Positions 8,520-18,265 of a stretch of DNA of 64,000 nucleotides are shown here, one piece after another (within the stretch, counting starts at the first letter, position 1; each line of letters opens with the position of its first letter). The notes beneath the pieces were generated by a model. That model searched no databases. It worked only from the letters and a program-made list of their open reading frames with translations, and had not been told where the DNA came from. The DNA lies in contig OY820905.2 in assembly GCA_963555755.3 (NCBI GenBank), positions 3,360,001 to 3,424,000 on the forward strand, written 5' to 3'. Source of the DNA: Nitrospirales bacterium (GTDB lineage: Bacteria > Nitrospirota > Nitrospiria > Nitrospirales > UBA8639). A program made the position numbers and the translations under genes.

Positions 8520-11213
8520 ATGGGACTAAAACTAGTCACAACACCAGATGTTGAAGCGGTGAAGATCGAGCTCAGCATTGATGGGGAAACAGTCACCGCG
8601 AACGAAGGTGTGTCGCTCTACGAGGTGATTTCGAGCACGGGCAAGATTATTCCGGCCATGTGCTATCACTATACCTTTGATCCCTTTGGTTCCTGCGGTA
8701 TGTGTTTAGTCCTGCAGGAAGGGAAAAAATCTCCGGTGCGGTCATGCACAGCCAAAGCAGCGGCTGGCATGGTTATTACCACGGAAGGGGATGACCTCTT
8801 TGCTGCCCGAAAGAAGGGCGTAGAAAAACACTTGTTGGTTCATCCATTGGATTGCCCTGTGTGTGATGCCGATGGGCATTGCGAATTACAAGACATGGCC
8901 TTCGAGCATCAGGTCACCGACCTGGCCAATGCCAAACAGAAAAATATCCCTGAAGACACAAGAAGCCTCGTTCTCGATTTCAATATGAATCGCTGCATCG
9001 TGTGTGGTGAGTGCATCAATATTTGCAAAGACGTTCAGCGCATTGATGCGCTGCAGTTTATAAAAAAGGATGGGTTTACCCAGGTCGTGGCCAAAGGGGA
9101 TCAAGCCCTCGATTGCGAATTTTGCGGGGATTGTTTAGCAGTCTGTCCTGTTGGCGCGATTACCAATAAATTTTCTAAATATGTGTACAAGCCATGGCAG
9201 CTCAGAAAGACGACGACGACCTGCAATTATTGTGGTGATGGTTGTCAGATGTATATCGAGACGAAAGATACGGAAGTCGTTCGTGTGACCTCGCCACTCT
9301 CATGGAAAAACAAATGGGGTGATCGGACCGATACGGACAATGGGCATGATGGGTTGTGTGTTCGTGGACGATTCGGGTTTCAATTCATCGATAGCAAAGA
9401 TCGGCTCAAGCAGCCGTTGATGCGCAAAGACAATGCCTTAGTTGATGCCCCATGGATCGAGGCATTGGATACGGCGGCTGAGCGATTGAAGGAGATTAAA
9501 GAAAAATATGCCCCTGATGCTATTGCCGGATTGATTACCGCGCGTTGTACGAATGAAGAACTCTATGTCTTTCAAAAATTCATGCGAACGGTGATCGGGA
9601 CGAATAACGTTGATAGCAGCGCTCGGTACGGACACGTGAATTTCGTACGAGCCGTTCATCATGCCTTAGGCATTCATCGGACGATGAACACGTCGGCGGA
9701 TATCACGAAAGCCACGGCCATTTTGGTGGTGGGATCCAACATCACGGAAACCAATCCTGTGGCCAGCCTGCGAATCAAAGCTGCGCTGGGGACCTATAAA
9801 GCCTCGGTGATTGTGGTGGATTCGATGCAGACGAATCTAGCCAAACTCGCATCCCACCCCATTATGGTCAGACCGGGGACAGAAGGCCTCTTGGTCAAAG
9901 GGTTAGTCAAGTCAGTCTTGGATCAAGACCTTGTGGATTCGGATGTGACCGCGCAGGCGCCTCCAGCGTTCGATGCGCTCAAACAGGCGGCGAATGCTAT
10001 CTCCCTCGAGGCCGTCGCCCAGCAGACGGGCATTGCGGTGGAGCAGATCAATGAAATTGCCAAGATTTTTGCCGAAGCGTCTCGCTCTATCATTCTGTGC
10101 GGCGAAGGAATCGTTCGACAGCATGATGGCTACAATAATGTGTTGAATCTAGTGGACTTGGCTTGGATCACCGGAAAATTAAATGCTGAGGGATCGGGCA
10201 TCAATACGGTTGTGGAAGAAGGCAATGAGCAGGGAGCCTTAGATATGGGGGTGGCCCCGGAATTCCTTCCTGGTCCCATGGCTTTTGATGATACAACGGC
10301 CCAGGAAAAATTCTCTCAAGCTTGGGGTGGGGCATTGCCAGCGTCTCACCATGGCTCGACCCTCATGGATATTTTGCAGGGTTGCCGTGATGGAAAAATT
10401 AAGGCCTTGTATGTCGTTGGAGAAAATCCGTTGGCCACGCTTCCGAAGTCTTATGGTGTTGACGAAGCCTTAGGACAGTTAGAATTGTTGATCTGCCAAG
10501 ATCCGTTCCTCACCGAAACCGCGCAACAGGCGCATATCGTGTTCCCGGCCTGCACCTTTGCGGAAAAGGACGGCACCGTGACCAATCAAGAAGGGAAGGT
10601 GCAGTTTGTCAGGCCGGCGCTCGATCCTCTGGGTGAGAGTGCTTTGGACTGGCATATCATCGTCGGCATCGCCGATAGCATGGGGCATATGATGCCGTAT
10701 GAAAATACGCAGGATATTCAGGATGAAATTCGCAAGCTTCTTCCCGGGTATTACAATCTTGGCCAACCCAAGAAAGTTGAGGCCAATCCAACTGCGTATT
10801 TGAATAATGGATTCGCGAATGAGGCGACTGGCCGCTATGCAAGTTCGGGAAATGCCCTAAACCAGGCCCGGCCGGTTGGCTTAAAACTCATTCAGCTACT
10901 TTACCATTCCGGAAAACTCTCCACGAAAGCATCGGGCCTAATGGATATCTCTCCAAACACCAAATGTTTGCGCATGGCGCCTGAGGAACTTGAACGGTTG
11001 GGGTTAACAGAGGGAGGGCGTGTTCGAGTCACGTCTGACCACGGCCAAGTGGAATTGGGTGTTGAAGCTGATCTTGCGGTGTTGCCGGGTACCTGTGTGT
11101 TCCCGGAGCATTTCACCGATCCTCCGGTCAAAGATTTGATGTTGGTTGAACTCGATCAAGTGACCCGGGTGCCCTATTTTAAATTGGCTCAGGTTTCCAT
11201 CGATAAAGTTTAA
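8520..11213 (+). CDS. nuoG: NADH-quinone oxidoreductase subunit G (long, FdhF/molybdopterin-fold type)
   Basis: N-terminal 2Fe-2S motifs, HPLDCPVCD..GHC, two CxxCxxC ferredoxin motifs, CNYCGDGC, molybdopterin-oxidoreductase fold. Confidence 0.93.
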   Translation: MGLKLVTTPDVEAVKIELSIDGETVTANEGVSLYEVISSTGKIIPAMCYHYTFDPFGSCGMCLVLQEGKKSPVRSCTAKAAAGMVITTEGDDLFAARKKGVEKHLLVHPLDCPVCDADGHCELQDMAFEHQVTDLANAKQKNIPEDTRSLVLDFNMNRCIVCGECINICKDVQRIDALQFIKKDGFTQVVAKGDQALDCEFCGDCLAVCPVGAITNKFSKYVYKPWQLRKTTTTCNYCGDGCQMYIETKDTEVVRVTSPLSWKNKWGDRTDTDNGHDGLCVRGRFGFQFIDSKDRLKQPLMRKDNALVDAPWIEALDTAAERLKEIKEKYAPDAIAGLITARCTNEELYVFQKFMRTVIGTNNVDSSARYGHVNFVRAVHHALGIHRTMNTSADITKATAILVVGSNITETNPVASLRIKAALGTYKASVIVVDSMQTNLAKLASHPIMVRPGTEGLLVKGLVKSVLDQDLVDSDVTAQAPPAFDALKQAANAISLEAVAQQTGIAVEQINEIAKIFAEASRSIILCGEGIVRQHDGYNNVLNLVDLAWITGKLNAEGSGINTVVEEGNEQGALDMGVAPEFLPGPMAFDDTTAQEKFSQAWGGALPASHHGSTLMDILQGCRDGKIKALYVVGENPLATLPKSYGVDEALGQLELLICQDPFLTETAQQAHIVFPACTFAEKDGTVTNQEGKVQFVRPALDPLGESALDWHIIVGIADSMGHMMPYENTQDIQDEIRKLLPGYYNLGQPKKVEANPTAYLNNGFANEATGRYASSGNALNQARPVGLKLIQLLYHSGKLSTKASGLMDISPNTKCLRMAPEELERLGLTEGGRVRVTSDHGQVELGVEADLAVLPGTCVFPEHFTDPPVKDLMLVELDQVTRVPYFKLAQVSIDKV

Positions 11214-11229
11214 GGAGCAGGTTCTTTCT

Positions 11230-11805
11230 ATGGATTCAGGCAACACGACCAAAAAAATCTTTGACGCGGTCTTATTCCGGGAAATCTGGACGGCCATGAA
11301 GGTGACGTTTAAGCATATGTTTCATCGTCCCATCACGTTTGAATACCCTCGTGAAAAGCGAATAATTCCCGATGCCCACCGAGGAGCGCTGGGGCTCTTA
11401 CGATACGATAATGGGGTGGAGCGGTGTGTCGGCTGCGATTTATGTGAGGTGGCTTGCCCTTCTCACTGCATCAAGGTGATTAGTGAGGAAGATAAGTCCA
11501 TGCCGCTCCAAAGAATTGCGACGGAGTTTTATATTGACATCACCAAATGCGTGTTTTGTGGATATTGTGTGGAAGCCTGCCCGGTCAATGCACTCGCCAT
11601 GACCAAAATGTATGAGTATTCAACCCATGACAAGCGAACGCTCATGTTCGACAAAAAGCGGCTCTATGAAATTGGCGACATCCATATAGAAGATGCCAAA
11701 AAATATTTATATGCCCATAACCAAGAAAAGGACGATCAGGAGAGCCGCGCCTACCGCTATCAATTCCCGCAACCTGTAGGAAAAGCTGAAGCTTCTGACT
11801 CTTAA
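11230..11805 (+). CDS. nuoI: NADH-quinone oxidoreductase subunit I
   Basis: CVGCDLCEVACP and CVFCGYCVEACP. Confidence 0.96.
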   Translation: MDSGNTTKKIFDAVLFREIWTAMKVTFKHMFHRPITFEYPREKRIIPDAHRGALGLLRYDNGVERCVGCDLCEVACPSHCIKVISEEDKSMPLQRIATEFYIDITKCVFCGYCVEACPVNALAMTKMYEYSTHDKRTLMFDKKRLYEIGDIHIEDAKKYLYAHNQEKDDQESRAYRYQFPQPVGKAEASDS

Positions 11806-11814
11806 CACTTCACG

Positions 11815-12345
11815 ATGATCTATTTATTGTTCGGGTACTTCGCGACGGTGAGCATCGTGGCCGGTGTCTTCACGATCGCGTTGAAAAATCCTGTTCATTG
11901 CGGCATGAGTCTGTTGACGTTGCTTCTGCACGTCGCGGGGTTGTTCGTCCTGCTCAATGCGGAATTCTTGTTTGCCGTACAGATCATTGTCTATGCGGGA
12001 GCCATTTTGATTCTGTATTTGTTTGTCTTGATGCTATTGAACCTCAAAACTGAAGAGCAATTTCTTCATAAAAAATATCCATTCGCCCTGTTTGCCGGGA
12101 TCGCCATTCTTGGGGAACTTCTTATTCTGATTTTCCAAACGCCCTATAGTGGAGTGAAGGGGAAGGCCACGACGGAGGTCATTTTAACCACCGGACCGAG
12201 TCATGCGATTGGCCTGGTCATGTTTAGCGATTATTTGCTGTTGTTCGAGATTGTCGGAGTGTTTCTCTTGGGAGCCGTGATTGGTGCGATCGTGTTAGCC
12301 AAGACACCATCGTCGCCGGTGCCGAAGGCGGATGGATCTAATTAA
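11815..12345 (+). CDS. nuoJ: NADH-quinone oxidoreductase subunit J
   Basis: NPVH, AEFL..QIIVYAGAILILYLFVLML. Confidence 0.96.
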   Translation: MIYLLFGYFATVSIVAGVFTIALKNPVHCGMSLLTLLLHVAGLFVLLNAEFLFAVQIIVYAGAILILYLFVLMLLNLKTEEQFLHKKYPFALFAGIAILGELLILIFQTPYSGVKGKATTEVILTTGPSHAIGLVMFSDYLLLFEIVGVFLLGAVIGAIVLAKTPSSPVPKADGSN

Positions 12346-12369
12346 CGTCGCGGGGTTTACCATTACACC

Positions 12370-12672
12370 ATGATTCCTCTTTCTGCATATGTGGGGTTGA
12401 GTGCAATTCTGTTTATGACAGGACTCATTGGAGTGCTGATTCGTCGGAACTTCATCATTATCTTGATGTCCGTGGAGATTATGCTCAATGCCGCCAATAT
12501 CAATCTCGTGGCGTTTTCCCATTACTTGGATTCGATGGCTGGGCAAGTAGCAGCCCTATTTGTCATTGCCATTGCCGCCGGAGAAGCGGCCATAGGCTTG
12601 GCCATCATCATCGTGGTGTTCCGTGGAAAAATTGCGACCAATGTGGATCAGATCAATTTGTTGAAATGGTAA
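12370..12672 (+). CDS. nuoK: NADH-quinone oxidoreductase subunit K
   Basis: RRN..LMSVEIMLNAANIN, AAGEAAIGLA. Confidence 0.97.
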   Translation: MIPLSAYVGLSAILFMTGLIGVLIRRNFIIILMSVEIMLNAANINLVAFSHYLDSMAGQVAALFVIAIAAGEAAIGLAIIIVVFRGKIATNVDQINLLKW

Positions 12673-12673
12673 C

Positions 12674-14665
12674 GTGTCAGATCTTCTCGTAATTCTTATC
12701 CCAGTCTTTCCGCTCATTGCCGTCCTGGTGAATGGGCTCGTCGGTCATCGATATTCTCATGACCTAGCTGGCCGTATTGCCTTAGGATCTGTGGGTTTAT
12801 CCTTCCTCTGTTCACTCAATGTTCTCGTGGGTGTCATGTCCGATCCGACCCCTCGCGAAGTCATTGCCTACTCTTGGATCTTTGGGGGTGACCTCAACAT
12901 CAATCTCGGATTCCTGATCGATCCGTTAACCGCTATCATGTTGATGGTAGTGACAGGAGTTGGATTTCTGATTCATGTGTACTCGGTTGGGTATATGCAT
13001 GGCGAAGAAGGGTTTACCCGTTTCTTCGTGTATATGAATTTGTTCATGGTCTCGATGCTCCTGCTGGTGATGGGCAACAACTATTTGGTGCTCTTCATCG
13101 GGTGGGAGGGTGTCGGACTGTGCTCCTATCTGTTGATCGGGTACTACTTCACCAAAGTGTCGGCGTCGAAAGCGGCCACCAAGGCCTTTGTGGTCAATCG
13201 CATTGGTGATGCCGGGTTCCTTCTGGCTATCTTCTTAATCTTCGTGAATTTTAAGACATTGGATTACACCAAAGTATTTGCCAATGCGGACCAACTCTCT
13301 ACAGAAATGGCCACGGCGATCGCCCTGTGCTTGTTAGTCGGAGCCATAGGAAAGTCGGCGCAACTGCCTCTGTTCACGTGGTTGCCTGATGCCATGGAAG
13401 GTCCCACGCCGGTGAGTGCCCTGATTCATGCGGCCACTATGGTAACGGCTGGTGTCTACATGGTGGTTCGAAACCACGTGTTATTCGATATGGCGCCGGT
13501 GGCTATGGCCACGGTGGGCCTCGTTGGAGGCATCACCGCGTTATTTGCCGCCACGATTGGACTAGTTCAGAACGACATCAAGCGTGTGTTGGCCTACTCA
13601 ACCGTCAGTCAGTTGGGCTACATGTTTTTGGCCTGTGGGGTAGGTGCGTATACTGCCGCCATCTTTCATCTGGTCACCCATGCGTTTTTCAAGGCGCTCC
13701 TCTTCCTGACTGCCGGGGCGGTGATTCATTCGCTGAATGGCGAGCAAGACATTCGGAAGATGGGCGGGCTCTCTAAAAGGATTCCGATTACGCATACGGT
13801 GTTTCTCATCGGCACCCTGGCCATTGCGGGGATTCCGCCGTTGGCCGGATTCTGGAGTAAAGATGAGATCATGGCGCATGCGTTTCTTCAGGGAGATTTT
13901 TTGGGATACGTGTTGTACGCTTTTGCGGCCATTGGCGCATTTTTGACGTCTTTTTACATGTTCCGTCTCATGTATCTTACGTTTTACGGGCAGTCGCGAG
14001 TTGATCCTGAAGTCGATCATCATATCCATGAATCGCCGCCGGTGATGACGGTGCCGCTTATGGTGTTGGCTGGCCTCGCGATTGTTGGTGGTTTTTTAGG
14101 TGTTCCGCCCGAGCATGGATGGTTCCATGGATTTTTATCGACTGTGGCAACACCGCTTGGCGCAGTGCCTCATGAAGTGAGTACGGGGACGTTGATCGGT
14201 TTAATGGCTGTGGCCATTAGTATTGCGCTGGGTGGTTGGGGATTGGCGCACTATATGTATTCCGTGAACACGACGTTGGCAGAAGAGTGGTCGGAACGAT
14301 TCGCTGGGGCCTATCGCACCGTGTTGAATAAATACTATGTGGATGAAATTTACGATGCGATCATTGTTGAACCGTGTAAACGTCTTGGCCAAATATGGGA
14401 TTGGGTCGATCAGAATATTATCGATCGCTTCATTCGCGGGATAGGTCACGGAGCCGATGTCAGTGGGGCCGGGGTCACGTGGACGGAGAAACACGTGATT
14501 TATGCGGGTCTCAATGTGATTGGGTTCGCCAATCATTTTGCGGCCCGGTCGTGGCGGAAAATGCAAACGGGTCTGGTGAATCATTACGCTGCGGTGTTTG
14601 TGATTGGACTGTTTATTCTTGTGCATTTAATTATTGTGTGGCTGACCGGAACATCGTTCTTATAA
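12674..14665 (+). CDS. nuoL: NADH-quinone oxidoreductase subunit L (extended C-terminal helix)
   Basis: GWEGVGLCSYLLIG, KSAQLPL.TWLPDAMEGPTPVSALIHAATMV, THAFFKALLFL. Confidence 0.97.
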   Translation: MSDLLVILIPVFPLIAVLVNGLVGHRYSHDLAGRIALGSVGLSFLCSLNVLVGVMSDPTPREVIAYSWIFGGDLNINLGFLIDPLTAIMLMVVTGVGFLIHVYSVGYMHGEEGFTRFFVYMNLFMVSMLLLVMGNNYLVLFIGWEGVGLCSYLLIGYYFTKVSASKAATKAFVVNRIGDAGFLLAIFLIFVNFKTLDYTKVFANADQLSTEMATAIALCLLVGAIGKSAQLPLFTWLPDAMEGPTPVSALIHAATMVTAGVYMVVRNHVLFDMAPVAMATVGLVGGITALFAATIGLVQNDIKRVLAYSTVSQLGYMFLACGVGAYTAAIFHLVTHAFFKALLFLTAGAVIHSLNGEQDIRKMGGLSKRIPITHTVFLIGTLAIAGIPPLAGFWSKDEIMAHAFLQGDFLGYVLYAFAAIGAFLTSFYMFRLMYLTFYGQSRVDPEVDHHIHESPPVMTVPLMVLAGLAIVGGFLGVPPEHGWFHGFLSTVATPLGAVPHEVSTGTLIGLMAVAISIALGGWGLAHYMYSVNTTLAEEWSERFAGAYRTVLNKYYVDEIYDAIIVEPCKRLGQIWDWVDQNIIDRFIRGIGHGADVSGAGVTWTEKHVIYAGLNVIGFANHFAARSWRKMQTGLVNHYAAVFVIGLFILVHLIIVWLTGTSFL

Positions 14666-14670
14666 GGGGA

Positions 14671-14767
14671 AGTGAAGCGTGATCCGTAAAGCGTTATGCG
14701 GGAGTAAAGATTGCGGCGAATTTTAAACGTGACCCCATTCTTTTCATATCACGCATTACTCATTACG
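14671..14767. repeat. Heptamer tandem-repeat hairpin (nuoL-nuoM1)
   Basis: AGTGAAG CGTGATC CGTAAAG CGTTATG ... TATCACG CATTACT CATTACG. Confidence 0.75.
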
Positions 14768-14848
14768 ATCTTTTAAGCCAATGGCAAATAGAGCAATACT
14801 GAATAAATCAAATGGACGTTTTAAATAGAAATACAGCAGGCAGCATTC

Positions 14849-16420
14849 ATGCTTGAAGAACTGCAATTTGGATTTCCCCTACTATCGGTCCTGATTTTCT
14901 TGCCGTTCGTCGGAGCGCTCTTGCTGTGGACGCAGAAGGATCCGGATCTTCTCAAGAAGTCGGCCCTCGGGATCGCCGTACTTGAGCTCATCCTAGCTGC
15001 GTTGCTTTTATGGCGATTCATTCCCGATTCTGCCGCCATGCAATTCAGTGAACGGCATGAATGGATTCCTCCACTGGGAATTTCCTATCACCTCGCCGTC
15101 GATGGCATTAGTATTTTGTTCGTCGGTCTGACGGCCTTTCTCACCGTTCTGATTGTGCTCTATTCCTGGGATGCGGTGTCCCAGAATCTCAAAACCTATT
15201 TCATGAGCATCCTGGTCTTGGAAACGATGATCATGGGCATTTTCGTGTCCATCGATTTAATCCTGTTCTTCGTCTTCTGGGAACTGATGCTGATTCCCAG
15301 CTACTTCCTCATCAAAATGTGGGGGGTGGGAGAAGAGAGGGAGTATGCCGCGTTAAAGTATGTCCTCTACACGTTGTTGGGCAGCGTCTTTATGTTGGTG
15401 GGGTTCGCGCTGCTGAGCTTGAATTATCATGATATCACGAATACGTATAGTTTCGACTTCCTCGAATTGCTGACGGTTCCCGTGCCGGTCGGACAACAGT
15501 TTCTAATTTTTTGGTTCATCTTCATGGGGCTGGCCTTTAAGGCTCCGATATTTCCTTTTCACACCTGGTTGCCGGATGCACTTGTTCAAGGGCCCATCGG
15601 CATGTCGGTAGTATTGGCGGGCGTCAAACTGGGAACGTATGGATTCCTACGCTTCAGTTTTCCGTTGCTCCCTGAAGCCTCCACGAATGAAACAGTGGTT
15701 GTGATACTCATGGTCCTCGGCCTTTCTGCAATTGTGTATGGCGCGATCATTGCGATTGTGCAGGCCGACTTTCGCCGTCTCTTGGTCTATAGCAGCATTA
15801 GCCATTTAGGCTTCATCGTGATCGGTCTGTTTGCGCTGAACTTTCAAGGCATTCAAGGCAGCTTGTTGCAGATGATCAACTTGGGCTTTACGACCGCTGG
15901 CCTCTTTTTCATAGCAGGCTTTCTGTATGACCGAACGGGAAATACCCTTGTGGATCAAGCCGGAGGCATTGCGGCCAAGATGCCCTTGTTCGCGACGTTC
16001 TTTCTCATCATTGGCATGGCGTCAATTGGGTTGCCCGGAACGAATGGGTTTATTGGAGAGTTTCTAATTCTGCTTGGCGCCTTTCAAGCGCATTGGGTCT
16101 ATGGGACTGTGGCGGTATCCGGTGTGATTTTCGCGGCAGCGTATTTCCTGTGGTATTACGAACGAGCGATCTTTGGTCCGTTGGGAGAAAAAGTGCCGCA
16201 AGTGCTACAAGATTTAACTCAACGCGAGACCATTATTGCGGTGTCGCTGTGCGTCATGATTTTTTGGATCGGCTTGTATCCGTCACCATTTTTGCGAATG
16301 ATCAATGGCTCGGTGCAAGCGGTCGTCGATAGATTAGAGCGAGGTTCCGTGGCAAGTATTGAGTTCGACAAACGATTCGCGATGGATTCTCCGAATACAC
16401 GCCTTCTGGTGAAAGAATAG
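14849..16420 (+). CDS. nuoM: NADH-quinone oxidoreductase subunit M (copy 1)
   Basis: FWELMLIP, KAPIFPFHTWLPDA, KLGTYG, YSSISHLG, SIGLPG. Confidence 0.95.
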   Translation: MLEELQFGFPLLSVLIFLPFVGALLLWTQKDPDLLKKSALGIAVLELILAALLLWRFIPDSAAMQFSERHEWIPPLGISYHLAVDGISILFVGLTAFLTVLIVLYSWDAVSQNLKTYFMSILVLETMIMGIFVSIDLILFFVFWELMLIPSYFLIKMWGVGEEREYAALKYVLYTLLGSVFMLVGFALLSLNYHDITNTYSFDFLELLTVPVPVGQQFLIFWFIFMGLAFKAPIFPFHTWLPDALVQGPIGMSVVLAGVKLGTYGFLRFSFPLLPEASTNETVVVILMVLGLSAIVYGAIIAIVQADFRRLLVYSSISHLGFIVIGLFALNFQGIQGSLLQMINLGFTTAGLFFIAGFLYDRTGNTLVDQAGGIAAKMPLFATFFLIIGMASIGLPGTNGFIGEFLILLGAFQAHWVYGTVAVSGVIFAAAYFLWYYERAIFGPLGEKVPQVLQDLTQRETIIAVSLCVMIFWIGLYPSPFLRMINGSVQAVVDRLERGSVASIEFDKRFAMDSPNTRLLVKE

Positions 16421-16425
16421 TTTTC

Positions 16426-18021
16426 ATGGGTTCTTTAGCCTTACTCACAGTATTGTTTTCGCCATTTTTTGGCGCCATTGCGTTGATCTTTGTCCCGAAT
16501 CGGGAAGCCCTCATGGTGCGCATGGTGGCTGCGGCGTCTGCTGGCCTTTCCCTCTTGGCCTCGTTGTATGTGTTTATGGCCTACGACCCGAATGTCGGCG
16601 GGTTTCAGTTTAAGACCCATTGGCCGTGGTCTGAGGAACTAGGCATTGCCTTTTATATTGGCGTGGATGGCATTGGGGCGCCCTTGGTTTTTGCCTCGGC
16701 GCTCTTACTCTTCGCGGGTATTTTTGTTTCGTGGCATATCAAAGATCGAACCAAAGAATTTTATATCTTTTTGTTGATCCTCGCAGCGGCGACCATTGGG
16801 GTCTTCATGTCGCTGGACCTGTTCTTCCTCTACTTCTTCTATGAAATGTCCGTGCTGCCTATGTACTTGCTGTTGGGGGTGTGGGGCAGTCACACCAAGG
16901 GCTACTTGGGCATGACGGATGCAGAAGGCTTGAAGCTGAGGGATTCCACCAAATTCTTTTTAAACTTTGGGTCGAACAGCAAAGAATACGCGGCCATGAA
17001 GCTGACGCTGTTCTTGTCGGCAGGTGCCGTGTTCGCACTCATGGGCATCCTCTTGATTTACCATTTCTCGCCCGTGCATACGTTCAACATTTTGGTGCTG
17101 CGAGAGCAGGCAAAATTTGATGGCCTGTTGGGCAACATTATTTGGCTACTCATCTTTTTTGGATTTGCCTCGATCGCGCCGATTTGGCCGTTGCATTCCT
17201 GGTCGCCCGTCGGCCATGCCGCGGCGCCTGCTGCGACAAGCATGTTGCATGCCGGCGTGCTGATGAAGCTGGGCCACTTCTCCATTATCCGTGTAGCCTT
17301 TGAAATAATGCCGGAGATCACACGCGAACTCATGCCCATTGCGGCGGTCCTGTGTGTCTTCAGTATTCTCTATGGCGGTTTTGTGTCCTATTATGCCAAG
17401 GACACCAAATACGTCATTGGGTATTCCAGTTCGAGCCACATGGGCTACATTTTTTTAGGCATGGCAGCGTTGGACTACATCAGTTTGACCGGGGCGGTCA
17501 TTTATATGTTTGCCCATGCCCTGGCCACGGGAATGCTCTTCGCCATGGCGGGATGGATCTATGACCAAACGCACTCGCGTGACATCCCGTCATTAGGAGG
17601 GTTGGCACAGAAGATGCCCTTCCTTGCCGGTGCGTTTCTTGTGGCCTGTATGGCCTCAGTCGGCATGCCCGGCACCATAAATTTTATCGCCGAAGTGATG
17701 ATTATCGTGGGCAGTTGGGAGAAATATCCCTTCCAAGTCATCGTCGCGGTGTTGGGAATTGTGCTGACCCTCGCCTATTTGTTCAAAATGATGCGGGGCC
17801 TCTTCTACGGAAAGCTGTCACCGGAATTTGAGCATGTGAGTGATACCTCGCAATGGGTGGATCGAATGCCACTGCTGCTGATGATCACCGCCAGTATTTT
17901 CTTTGGCATTTTCCCGATGCACTTTTATCACGTGGTCCGGTCAACGGTAGAACCCATGCTAGATCGAATCAACCAAGTGGCGCCGGCGATTGCGCAGAAT
18001 ACAGCGGGGATTTTTCCGTAA
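16426..18021 (+). CDS. nuoM: NADH-quinone oxidoreductase subunit M (copy 2, divergent)
   Basis: FFYEMSVLPMY, WPLHSWSPVGHAAAP, LMKLG, YSSSSHMG. Confidence 0.93.
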   Translation: MGSLALLTVLFSPFFGAIALIFVPNREALMVRMVAAASAGLSLLASLYVFMAYDPNVGGFQFKTHWPWSEELGIAFYIGVDGIGAPLVFASALLLFAGIFVSWHIKDRTKEFYIFLLILAAATIGVFMSLDLFFLYFFYEMSVLPMYLLLGVWGSHTKGYLGMTDAEGLKLRDSTKFFLNFGSNSKEYAAMKLTLFLSAGAVFALMGILLIYHFSPVHTFNILVLREQAKFDGLLGNIIWLLIFFGFASIAPIWPLHSWSPVGHAAAPAATSMLHAGVLMKLGHFSIIRVAFEIMPEITRELMPIAAVLCVFSILYGGFVSYYAKDTKYVIGYSSSSHMGYIFLGMAALDYISLTGAVIYMFAHALATGMLFAMAGWIYDQTHSRDIPSLGGLAQKMPFLAGAFLVACMASVGMPGTINFIAEVMIIVGSWEKYPFQVIVAVLGIVLTLAYLFKMMRGLFYGKLSPEFEHVSDTSQWVDRMPLLLMITASIFFGIFPMHFYHVVRSTVEPMLDRINQVAPAIAQNTAGIFP

Positions 18022-18099
18022 ACCAAAAACGCAACGGGAGAAAAATGATAGACCTTTTAGCTTGTATTTCCTGCACCTTGCGACGTGGTGACCATTCAG

Positions 18100-18130
18100 T
18101 CCCCCCTTTGGAAAAGGGGGTTAGGGGGAT
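18100..18130. repeat. REP-like palindrome (CCCCCTTT..AAAGGGGG family); related copies at ~7077-7110 and ~51989-52019
   Basis: TCCCCCCTTTGGAAAAGGGGGTTAGGGGGAT. Confidence 0.65.
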
Positions 18131-18169
18131 TTATAGTTTTTTAACTTTCAACTAGTACATCCCAAACCT

Positions 18170-18205
18170 CCCTCGCCCCTGAGGGGAGAGGGTTGGGGTG
18201 AGGGG
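18170..18205. repeat. REP-like palindrome (CCCTCGCCCCT.AGGGGAGAGGG..GGGTGAGGGG family)
   Basis: Related copies at 20253-20287, 43689-43729, 55935-55969 and 57539-57573. Confidence 0.85.
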
Positions 18206-18265
18206 TTAGCCCATGAGGAAGTTAAAATACCCTACTCACAAAAACTACGATTAACTGAATTTCTT

